DNA of 64,000 nt from an uncultured Planctomycetota bacterium. GTDB taxonomy: Bacteria > Planctomycetota > Planctomycetia > Isosphaerales > Isosphaeraceae. Position numbers and translations under genes: made by a program. The notes beneath the pieces are model-generated. The model worked only from the letters and a program-made list of their open reading frames with translations. It searched no databases and was not told the DNA's origin. The stretch spans positions 1,152,001 through 1,216,000 of the forward strand of contig CAWGMQ010000003.1 in the NCBI GenBank assembly GCA_963823665.1, written 5' to 3'. This document shows, one piece after another, positions 1 through 8,380 of this stretch; within the stretch, counting starts at the first letter, position 1; the number at the start of each line of letters is the position of its first letter.

Positions 1-1013
1 GCACTCGAACCCTCCGCTGGGCGATCATCCAGGTGCACAAGAGCAACAGCCCCACCAATACGATCAAGTTCAAGATCCCCGGCTCGGGTGTCCACACGAT
101 CGCGCTCGAGTCGGCTCTGCCGACGATCACCAGGCCCGTCAGGATCGATGGGACCTCTCAGACCGGCTACCGCACCAGCCCCGTTGTTGACCTGACCGGC
201 TCGTCGTGCTCGTTCGACGGCTTCGACATCGACTCCCCCAACGTCACGATCAAGGGATTCGCCCTCGGCGGCTTCAGCGCGGGTGTCAGCATCCAGTCGT
301 CGCGCGACGTCGTCGAGGATTGTTACATCGGCACCGACCCGACAGGGCGGCACGCTGTACCGAACAACAACGGCGTGCTCATTTCGCCGGGGTCGTACGA
401 GACGATCCACAGCGACCGCATCTCGCACACCCGCACGGAAGCCGCCGCCGCATTCGAGACGGGCTCATACAACACGATCCGTGGCGACCTCATCTCCGGC
501 AACACCGAAAGCGGCGTCGAGATCGAGGACGCGGGAGGCGACCTCATCTCGGGCGACAACGGCGAGACCGAGGGGATGGGAGCCGACTACAACGTCGTCG
601 AGGACTGCACTGTCGGCTCCGACGCCACTGGGCGTTACGCCTTGGGCAACGCGTACGGTATCTCGATCGACGGCGGGGCCTCGTGCAACTACGTCGAATC
701 CAACCTTATCTCGGCCAACACGTACATCGGGGTCGAGCTCGGCGGCTTCCCCGCATTCGGGGAGAACACGACCGGCAACGTCGTTGACGACAACGTCATC
801 GGCACCGACTCGTCCGGACGGTACGACCTCGGCAGCCGCTATGGCGTCGAGCTGGACGACGTCTCGGGCAACTCGGTAGTCCAGAACGATATATCCTACA
901 GCAGCCGAGGTGGCATCGTGGAAACCAACTCGTTCAACACGGTCGCGTACAACGGATTCTCCCACAACTTGGTCGGTAACATCGTGCCCTACCCCGGCCT
1001 GGTGCCAGGCTGA
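1..1013 (+). CDS. Secreted right-handed beta-helix repeat protein, 5' partial
   Basis: The frame is open from the window edge (TLRWAIIQV...IPGSGVHTI...LPTIT.PV.IDG). It has repeated N.I.GN.IGTD/ISGN turns typical of parallel beta-helix proteins in planctomycetes. Confidence 0.8.
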   Translation, partial: TRTLRWAIIQVHKSNSPTNTIKFKIPGSGVHTIALESALPTITRPVRIDGTSQTGYRTSPVVDLTGSSCSFDGFDIDSPNVTIKGFALGGFSAGVSIQSSRDVVEDCYIGTDPTGRHAVPNNNGVLISPGSYETIHSDRISHTRTEAAAAFETGSYNTIRGDLISGNTESGVEIEDAGGDLISGDNGETEGMGADYNVVEDCTVGSDATGRYALGNAYGISIDGGASCNYVESNLISANTYIGVELGGFPAFGENTTGNVVDDNVIGTDSSGRYDLGSRYGVELDDVSGNSVVQNDISYSSRGGIVETNSFNTVAYNGFSHNLVGNIVPYPGLVPG

Positions 1014-1056
1014 TCCGGCTGGACAGGGCACGAGTGTGGACTCGAGTGTTCAGTGA

Positions 1057-1677
1057 TCAAATGGGCAGCTGGCCGCCCAGGGCATCACTGAGCCGCACCC
1101 GCGCCGCCAGCCATCGGCTGTTGACGGTACGTTCCGTCACCCCCAGGACCGCGGCCGCCTCGGCCTGGGTCAGGCCCTGGTACCAGAGCAGGTCGAACAG
1201 CTCGCGGTCGCCCGCGACGAGGCGGTCCACGGCGCGGTGGAATTCGGTCCAGGCGGCCAGCCTGCCCGGCTCGAACGTCGTGTCTGGCGGCGACGGGGCC
1301 AGCGCCTGCTCGCGTGCGGTCCTGTCGGATCCTGGTCGGGTCGAGTGATGGGCGCCCAACCCCTGCGGGCCCTGGTAGTGCCGTGCAAGGTCGATCAACT
1401 CGCGCCGCACCTGCGCGGCGGCCAGGCGAAAGAAGTCGCGCGCCGTCGGCGGGGTGACGACCTTCAGCGCACGGTCGAGCCGGATGAGGGCGTTCTGCAA
1501 GACGTCCTCGGTCTGCTCCCAGCGGGCGACGCCAGGGTAGTCCCGCAGCATCCTGCGCGCCAGCCGGGTCAGCCGCTCGGAGGCGCAGCCCAGCAGGGCG
1601 GCGCGGGCGGAGTCGTCGCCGCCCCGGATCCGGTCAATCCAACGCTGGATCACCGTGGTGTGGTCGTCGTGGGCCAA
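1057..1677 (-). CDS. ECF-type RNA polymerase sigma-70 factor
   Basis: Region 2 (EDVLQNALIRL...LIDLAR) and region 4 HTH (LLWYQGLTQAEAAAVLGVTERTVNSRW). Confidence 0.9.
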   Translation of the reverse strand: MAHDDHTTVIQRWIDRIRGGDDSARAALLGCASERLTRLARRMLRDYPGVARWEQTEDVLQNALIRLDRALKVVTPPTARDFFRLAAAQVRRELIDLARHYQGPQGLGAHHSTRPGSDRTAREQALAPSPPDTTFEPGRLAAWTEFHRAVDRLVAGDRELFDLLWYQGLTQAEAAAVLGVTERTVNSRWLAARVRLSDALGGQLPI

Positions 1678-1887
1678 AGCTCAGTCTCACCATAGCCTTG
1701 CGCTGCGCTCACCGATGCCCGTATCGTCAGCGCGTGCTTCCCAAATCATAACCCCCATGGGTGGTGAATTGCACGCTGCAGGAGATTTTTGGAGACCCCG
1801 TTTCTGCCTCGGGAGAGCAGTCTCGCTCTTCCTGGAGGACGTGGTTGATGGCAGGACACAGACCCCTCCGACACGGAGCCGAACACC

Positions 1888-4800
1888 ATGGGCTATCTGA
1901 AGAGCACCAAACCCCGACGTACCTCCAAGACCGATGTCCGTCGCACGCGACGGGTCCGGCTGGAGATCGAAGCAATAGAGGAGCGGACGCTGCTCAGCGG
2001 GAGCCCCGCGCCGTACCTTCTTTACAATCCTGAGGCTGTTCCTGTGGCCATGAATAGCCACACCGATGTCATCTGGGTGAGCGGCCTGGGCGGGAATCCA
2101 ATGCCCCCCTCTTTCGAGGAGACGCTCGAAGAGCACGGAGACACGGTGTATTGGAGCGATTGGAACAACATTGTCCCCTACCCTTACTCCAACACAGACC
2201 CAGGCTCAATATCGGCCAACTGGACGCAAGGCGCGTCTCTGGACCTGGGCAACCCAACGAACTACGGCGGAATGGTGCAGGATCTCGCCCAGTTCATCAA
2301 CGCCCTTCCCGCCTCGGACAAAGTCGTCCTGATCGGCCACAGCCTGGGCGGCGCTGCTGTTCTCGCGACGGCCGAGGAAGCCTACCACAGCATCGCGCTG
2401 CTGGCGACCCTCGACCCTGTCGGGCAGGGCGGGTTCCGGCACACCTTGCCGCGAACTGTTCCATCAAACGTCGAATACTTCTACGACCGCTGGCAAACTA
2501 TGGGGATGTTCCCCATTGACTATACGAATCCTCCCCCGATCACAAGCTACGCGTACGGGTCCCTGTTGCGGGATTTCGGCATCCCCGACCAGCAACAAGA
2601 GAACGACAGCGGGTATTCGCACGCCAACTACTACGAAGATCCGGCGATCCTGAGTCAGTTGACGCAGATCACCAACGCGATTGCCTCCGCACGGGGCGGA
2701 ACCCCGGCCACTGGCCTTGCCGTTACAACGCTGACGGCGAGCACGACTGGCACGAGTCCGACCCCTGCAACTGTGGCAGTGGCATGGTTCCCAGCCACTG
2801 GCCCCTCCGACGCGGCCTCCAACTACGCGGCTACGATCCAGTGGGGCGACGGCCTTCCCCCCTCGGCCGGGACGATCGTGAGCGATCCCGATGGCGGGTT
2901 CTACGTCTATGGTGCCCATAGCTTCGAGCCCTACATCGCCGAAGAGTTCTTCGTCCCTCCCGCGAGTTTTGATTTGCCGTTTATGCCGTCCATGGTGGGC
3001 CAGTGGGTTTACTACAAGGTCGCTGTACGGATCGAGGGGCCCGGCGACATCAGCTACGGAACAGCAAGCCAGGCGTCGGTCTACGATCCGGGCTATTACG
3101 CTTTCGGTAATCAGGGCCTGGTGCGCTTCGACGAGTGGGGTGGCGCTGAGTTCGCGAACCTGGTGGATGCCAACGCAGTGTCGGTGACCGTGACGCAGGC
3201 CGGACTGGTCTCGGTCCAGGACGCCAACGGTTCCGTTCACGAGGAAATGGAGCAGGGAGACACCCTTTTTGCCGGCCAATTCGACCAAGCGGTCTACGAC
3301 TCAGCAGGCAATTTATACTACCTGACGTCGAGCGGCGACCTCTACCGAATCGATGCGAAGACCGGGAATGATGTGATCATCGGCGAATCACTGAGGTCCC
3401 TTACCATGTCGCCAGCGGGGCTGGTCGGCGTTAATTACACCTTGGCTCCCAACGGTACGGCATGGTTCGTCAGCGACGGCGAGTTGTATTACGATGATCC
3501 CGGACAGGCGCCCGTCGGAATCGCCAGCGGTGTAACGTCGTTTGCCTTGGCGCCGAACGGCCAGGGCGTCTATCTGGTGACCTACGGCACGCTGGACGCC
3601 GACATCAACGGCGCTTGGCAGTACGAGATCGCCAGCGGCGTGACGTCGTTTGCCCTGGCGTACAACGGCGTGGGGCTGTATTCGGGGTATTACTCTTACG
3701 TCGTCAGCCAGGGGGATCTCGACATCTACTCCTTTAGCACGGGGACGTGGAGCTGGAACGTAGCCAACAACGTGACGTCGTTCGCGGTGGGGCCGAATGG
3801 CTCGTCGTACTACTTCGTGAACGGCGGTGGGTTAGACGCCTACATCTACGGCCAGGGCTGGCAATACAGCATCGAAAAGCTCAGTGGCATCACAGCCTTT
3901 GACCTGGCGTACAACGGCGTGGGGCTGTATTCGGGGTATTACTCTTACGTCGTCAGCCAGGGGGATCTCGACATCTACTCCTTTAGCACGGGGACGTGGA
4001 GCTGGAACGTAGCCAACAACGTGACCTCGTTTGCGGTGGGGCCGAATGGCTCTTCGTACTACTTCGTGAACGGCGGGGGGTTAGATGCCTACATCTACGG
4101 CCAAGGCTGGCAATACAGCATCGAAAAGCTCAGTGGCATCACAGCCTTTGGCTTGGCGTACAACGCCGTGGGGCTGTACTCGGGCTATTACGCTTACGTC
4201 GTCAGCCAGGGGGATCTCGACATCTACTCCTTTAGCACGGGGACGTGGAGCTGGAACGTAGCCAACAACGTGACCTCGTTTGCGGTGGGGCCGAATGGCT
4301 CTTCGTACTATTTCGTGGATGGCGGTGGGTTAGACGCTTACATCTACGGCCAGGGCTGGCAATACGGCATCGAGAAGCTCAGCGGCATCACGGCCTTTGA
4401 CCTGGCGTACAACGCCGTGGGGCTGTACTCGGGCTATTACGCTTACGTCGTCAGCCAGGGGGATCTCGACATCTACTCCTTTAGCACGGGGACGTGGAGT
4501 TTGAACGTAGCCAACAACGTGACGTCGTTCGCGGTGGGGCCGAATGGCTCGTCGTACTACTTCGTGAACGGCGGTGGGTTAGACGCCTACATCTACGGCC
4601 AGGGCTGGCAGTACGGCATCGAGCAGCTCAGCGGCATCACGGCCTTTGACCTGGCGTACAACGCCGTGGGGCTGTACTCGGGCTATTACGCTTACGTCGT
4701 CAGCCAGGGGGATCTCGACATCTACTCCTTTAGCACGGGGACGTGGAGTTTGAACGTAGCCAACAACGTGACGTCGTTCGCGGTGGGGCCGAATGGCTCT

Positions 4801-5550
4801 TCGTACTACTTCGTGAACGGCGGTGGGTTAGATGCCTACATCTACGGCCAAGGCTGGCAATACAGCATCGAAAAGCTCAGTGGCATCACAGCCTTTGACC
4901 TGGCGTACAACAGCGTGGGGCTGTATTCGGGGTATTACTCTTACGTCGTCAGCCAGGGGGATCTCGACATCTACTCCTTTAGCACGGGGACGTGGAGTTT
5001 GAACGTAGCCAACAACGTGACGTCGTTCGCGGTGGGGCCGAATGGCTCTTCGTACTACTTCGTGGATGGCGGGACGTTAGATGCCTACATCTACGGCCAG
5101 GGCTGGCAATACGGCATCCAAAGCGGCGTGAAGTCGTTCGTCCTCGCGCCGGACAACAGCGGGTATTACTTCCTGACGACCAGCGGAGCCCTCGACTACG
5201 ACGAGGTCGGCATCGGCGTGACGACACTTGCGACGCAGGTTTCGTCGTTCTCGCTGTCCTCCGACGGCCAGTCGTTCTACGTGCTAAACAGTGGTGGCAC
5301 ACTGGAAAGCTACACCTACGGCGTAGGTTGGTCCGTGATCACGAGTGGGGTTCAATCCTTCGTCCTGGGCCCGGGAAGTTACACGATCGATATCTTGCAG
5401 AACTCGCAGAACAGCGGCGATTTGTGGCAGTACACCACGTCTGGAAAGACGCTCCTCGATCAGGGCGTTGTATCGATCTCGCTCACGAACGGCGGATACA
5501 CGCTCGATGCCTTGCTGAAGAACGGGACCGCCATGCAATTCCCGGCGTAG
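1888..5550 (+). CDS. Secreted protein: LExRxLL leader, alpha/beta-hydrolase domain, PKD-like domain and aromatic-rich beta-propeller-like repeats
   Basis: LEIEAIEERTLLS motif; GHSLGG nucleophile elbow, LDPV and SHANYY; Y.ATIQWGDG; six 83-aa repeats. Confidence 0.8.
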   Translation: MGYLKSTKPRRTSKTDVRRTRRVRLEIEAIEERTLLSGSPAPYLLYNPEAVPVAMNSHTDVIWVSGLGGNPMPPSFEETLEEHGDTVYWSDWNNIVPYPYSNTDPGSISANWTQGASLDLGNPTNYGGMVQDLAQFINALPASDKVVLIGHSLGGAAVLATAEEAYHSIALLATLDPVGQGGFRHTLPRTVPSNVEYFYDRWQTMGMFPIDYTNPPPITSYAYGSLLRDFGIPDQQQENDSGYSHANYYEDPAILSQLTQITNAIASARGGTPATGLAVTTLTASTTGTSPTPATVAVAWFPATGPSDAASNYAATIQWGDGLPPSAGTIVSDPDGGFYVYGAHSFEPYIAEEFFVPPASFDLPFMPSMVGQWVYYKVAVRIEGPGDISYGTASQASVYDPGYYAFGNQGLVRFDEWGGAEFANLVDANAVSVTVTQAGLVSVQDANGSVHEEMEQGDTLFAGQFDQAVYDSAGNLYYLTSSGDLYRIDAKTGNDVIIGESLRSLTMSPAGLVGVNYTLAPNGTAWFVSDGELYYDDPGQAPVGIASGVTSFALAPNGQGVYLVTYGTLDADINGAWQYEIASGVTSFALAYNGVGLYSGYYSYVVSQGDLDIYSFSTGTWSWNVANNVTSFAVGPNGSSYYFVNGGGLDAYIYGQGWQYSIEKLSGITAFDLAYNGVGLYSGYYSYVVSQGDLDIYSFSTGTWSWNVANNVTSFAVGPNGSSYYFVNGGGLDAYIYGQGWQYSIEKLSGITAFGLAYNAVGLYSGYYAYVVSQGDLDIYSFSTGTWSWNVANNVTSFAVGPNGSSYYFVDGGGLDAYIYGQGWQYGIEKLSGITAFDLAYNAVGLYSGYYAYVVSQGDLDIYSFSTGTWSLNVANNVTSFAVGPNGSSYYFVNGGGLDAYIYGQGWQYGIEQLSGITAFDLAYNAVGLYSGYYAYVVSQGDLDIYSFSTGTWSLNVANNVTSFAVGPNGSSYYFVNGGGLDAYIYGQGWQYSIEKLSGITAFDLAYNSVGLYSGYYSYVVSQGDLDIYSFSTGTWSLNVANNVTSFAVGPNGSSYYFVDGGTLDAYIYGQGWQYGIQSGVKSFVLAPDNSGYYFLTTSGALDYDEVGIGVTTLATQVSSFSLSSDGQSFYVLNSGGTLESYTYGVGWSVITSGVQSFVLGPGSYTIDILQNSQNSGDLWQYTTSGKTLLDQGVVSISLTNGGYTLDALLKNGTAMQFPA
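3661..5120 (+). repeat. Six near-identical in-frame 249-bp tandem repeats
   Basis: TACAAC anchors at 3661, 3910, 4159, 4408, 4657 and 4906, an exact 249-bp period. Confidence 0.97.
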
Positions 5551-5555
5551 AACAC

Positions 5556-5710
5556 GAGGGGGGTATGCCCAATGATCAAATCCTGTCGACCTACCCATCC
5601 CTCTCGCCCCCCGACCTGGAAGCCGCCTGGGATTAGTCGCAGCCAACCGGGAAGAGATCGAGCAGGCCATCCGCGAAAACGAAGAGGGCGACGACGGCCG
5701 CGTGGAGTAA
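5556..5710 (+). pseudogene. DUF433-family antitoxin remnant (C-terminal half only, frameshifted)
   Basis: Reads GMPNDQILSTYPSLSPPDLEAAWD, then after a 1-nt shift VAANREEIEQAIRENEEG. The N-terminal half is absent, and it lies directly upstream of a DUF5615-like gene. Confidence 0.75.
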
Positions 5711-5716
5711 CGGCGG

Positions 5717-6055
5717 ATGCTGCTCTACGCGGACGAGGACTTCGCTTTTCCCGCGGTCGAGGAACTTCGAGTACGGGGTCACGACGTGCTAACGGCTCAG
5801 GAAGACGGTCAAACGGCGATGCCGGATGCTGTCATTCTGGCCCGCGCCTTTGCGCTTGGTCGTGTCGTTTTGACTCACAATCGACGCCACTACGTACGCC
5901 TGCATCATCGAGGGGCGGCGTACGTCGGTATTCTGGCAGCATCGCAGGATTCCGATCATCTGGCCCTGGCCAGTCGGATCGGTCGTTCTGCGGACACCAT
6001 ACGCAACTGCCCCAGGAGTTCTGGTGTTCTGCATACCATCATTGACCCAGCCTAA
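5717..6055 (+). CDS. DUF5615-family PIN-like toxin (C-terminus possibly degenerate)
   Basis: LYADED...LR..GHDV...D..IL..A...GRVVLTHN pattern. Confidence 0.8.
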   Translation: MLLYADEDFAFPAVEELRVRGHDVLTAQEDGQTAMPDAVILARAFALGRVVLTHNRRHYVRLHHRGAAYVGILAASQDSDHLALASRIGRSADTIRNCPRSSGVLHTIIDPA

Positions 6056-6127
6056 CCGCGCAACCAAAGTTGCCCGGTTCGCGGTTGGGCATGTTTCGCC
6101 ACGGCCGGAGTCTGCTAACATCGATTC

Positions 6128-6856
6128 ATGGCGAAAGCGAAGAAGAAACAGCCTTTACGGAAGGCGTCAGAGCCTCCCAGCGAAAGGCCAGTCGAGGCCG
6201 TATCCGTCACGTCGGCAGACAAGCCGCCTCCGGCCACCGGCGAGCTCAGCAAATCGTCGGCCGCTTCTGGCCAATTAGCAACCAGAATCGAGGGAAGCCC
6301 CAACGCGGACGAAAAGCATCGATTACTATACCAAGGTGCGAGCGGTCAGATGGCCGTGATGTCCGAGTTCCTCTTCCGGCTCATCAATGTGGCGGTCCCC
6401 GAGGTGGATGTCGGGGATGACGTCTTCGTTGTCCGGGAGAAGGACGAAGCGGTTACCCGCGTTCAAGTCAAATACGCGGCGGCGGACGAACAGCAGAACG
6501 GCGAATATGTCGCACAATTCTCGCTCCCATGGAAGCAGCTCGATCGGCCGGACGACACGCCGGCTCTGGTTTACGTGCTTGCCGTCCGATACACCCAAAA
6601 ATGGACCGATTTCATCGTAGTCCGACGTTCGGTCCTGCGGCAGTTACAAGCAAAGTATGCTGTAGGGTCTATAGCCAAGAAAGACGGGGATGCGGTTGCT
6701 CTGGCGCTGCGACTCGTGTTCACGACGGAGAGCGTGAAGGGCAAAGGAAAGTTCTCGTTTCAGCCGTACCGAAACGCGTTTGATCCTTGGCCGCCACCTC
6801 AGCTATCTAACGAGGCCGAAGTATCAACGCTGGGAAAGGACGTTAGCGAGCGCTGA
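6128..6856 (+). CDS. PD-(D/E)XK nuclease-fold protein
   Basis: G.SGQMAVMSEF...VAVPEVDVGDDVFVV...RVQVK, matching the D...QxK core of restriction-endonuclease-like folds, after a low-complexity N-terminal extension. Confidence 0.65.
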   Translation: MAKAKKKQPLRKASEPPSERPVEAVSVTSADKPPPATGELSKSSAASGQLATRIEGSPNADEKHRLLYQGASGQMAVMSEFLFRLINVAVPEVDVGDDVFVVREKDEAVTRVQVKYAAADEQQNGEYVAQFSLPWKQLDRPDDTPALVYVLAVRYTQKWTDFIVVRRSVLRQLQAKYAVGSIAKKDGDAVALALRLVFTTESVKGKGKFSFQPYRNAFDPWPPPQLSNEAEVSTLGKDVSER

Positions 6857-6872
6857 GCGCGGACGCGTCTCC

Positions 6873-7418
6873 TCATGTCTTAAGCGGCTCGTCATGAAAT
6901 ACCCTCTTCCCGGCGGGGTCTACCACTCGGTAACCTCCCAGGCTTTCGATTTGCGGCTCGGACAGTCCAGTCAGAATCATCGCGACCTGGTCCAAAATCG
7001 GTCCGTGTGCCGTCTCGAGGTCGAATTGAGTGATCGTGGCAATGAAAAGATTCGGGGCGAGGTTGGCTCCAGGAAAGCTCTTGAGGATCAGATTTCGGCT
7101 CGTCGGGCTCAGACTGTAGTTACACCCGTCGCTGCGACAACTTACGAGGATCTCGATTGGGCCCAATGGTCCCGGTACGCCGCCATGTGGCAACGGATAC
7201 ACTTGCCACCTGTCATTCTCGGTATCGCGCCTGAGCTCGGCCGCAAACTTCTTGGCTGCTGATTCCTTATCCCAAGCGTAAAGCCACCTCTTTTTTGTCA
7301 CCGGGTCCGCGACTCGTTGGGCGTTGGCAACATTGACGCCGTTTTTCTCCAAGAGGCGAATGTACGCTTCGAACTCGAAGTCACGAGCGCCACCCGGAAG
7401 ACTGACGGTGAAAACCAT
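6873..7418 (-). CDS. Hypothetical protein
   Basis: 181-aa ORF with globular composition, GGAG upstream, convergent on the nuclease-like gene. Confidence 0.7.
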   Translation of the reverse strand: MVFTVSLPGGARDFEFEAYIRLLEKNGVNVANAQRVADPVTKKRWLYAWDKESAAKKFAAELRRDTENDRWQVYPLPHGGVPGPLGPIEILVSCRSDGCNYSLSPTSRNLILKSFPGANLAPNLFIATITQFDLETAHGPILDQVAMILTGLSEPQIESLGGYRVVDPAGKRVFHDEPLKT

Positions 7419-7923
7419 GACATCATTCTCCGGGCCTACAGGTCGTACGATTGGCGATGACTGCTGTTCCAGATATTATACAGCGAGTTGACTCGGCATT
7501 CAGCCTCGTCGCCGCGATTGTGCGTTGAGCCGCGAACGTGTCCGAACGGAAGGTTCCGAGCTTCGGTGGACACCATAATGATCTGCACTCCGCCTGGCCC
7601 CGGGCCGCATCATGACCATCACCCTTCTTGAGTCCTTCGCATTGCCAATTGGCGCGGGCGAGAGTGGACTCGGGTTCCCGGGCACACCATGCCGACCTCC
7701 AACTTCGCCTGGCTCCAGGCCGCGCCATGGCGATCATCCTAGACCGGCGGGACAGCCAATCGGCACCGCCGAGAGTCGGCCCGAAGAGGTCCCGATCGCC
7801 GGGCTGCGATTCGAGAAGTAGGGCCGCAGGGCGTGGTTCGCGAAGGTCGACGCGGGCGAGCCCTGCTGGCTTTCACGGACTGGCGAACAACGAATCCGGC
7901 CGTGATTCGCCTCGAGCAACGAA

Positions 7924-7993
7924 TACCGAAGGTGGGACTTGGACCCACACCCCCATTACAGGGACCGGATTTTGAGTCCGGCGCGTCTGCCAT
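7924..7993 (-). pseudogene. tRNA-Leu(CAA) 3' fragment, copy 1 (att-like)
   Basis: Minus strand reads ATGGCAGACGCG-CCGGA CTCAAAA TCCGG, then a long variable arm, then GTGGGTCCAAGTCCCAC-CTTCGGTA. The 5' acceptor and D-stem strand is missing. Confidence 0.85.
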
Positions 7994-8130
7994 CTGCCTG
8001 ACGTTGGGCTGATGTTGATTTGACGTTGATTTCTGGGATTTTGCCGGGGTCTACGTTAGCCCGCGGCCGTCGATCGCATTGTAGTCGCGTTGGGCCGACA
8101 TGCGCAATGTATGCAGAAGAATTGCAGAAA

Positions 8131-8380
8131 ACCCGCACCGTCCGCTTGTTTCGCGATGGCCAGGCCGCGATCTCAGCCGAGTTGTCGGGCATCATCGATC
8201 GACTGGGTAGTAGTGCCGAAAGTTGGTGGTCGCGGATCGAGAAGCTGAGCAACGAGCGCCTGCTCGGCTGCTTCTTTGCGGCGAGGCGGGAACGCTTGCG
8301 CGAGGCGGCGCGTGGCCTCGGCGTTCATCATCTGGCAAACCTAGGCGGATGTCCGGCACGACAGAGCGCAGCCGATCATT
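8131..8380 (+). pseudogene. C-terminal fragment of a planctomycete transposase (probably Y1/REP-associated type)
   Basis: RLFRDGQAAISAELSGIIDRLGSSAESWWSRIEKL...LLGCFFA..RERLREAA..LGVHHLANLGGCPAR resembles the C-terminus of this family as I recall it. No start or catalytic domain is present. Confidence 0.55.

Noticed and set aside
3661..5120. Diversity-generating retroelement or CRISPR-like array
   Set aside because: The repeats are in-frame coding units with mostly synonymous, non-adenine-specific differences, and no reverse transcriptase is in the window.
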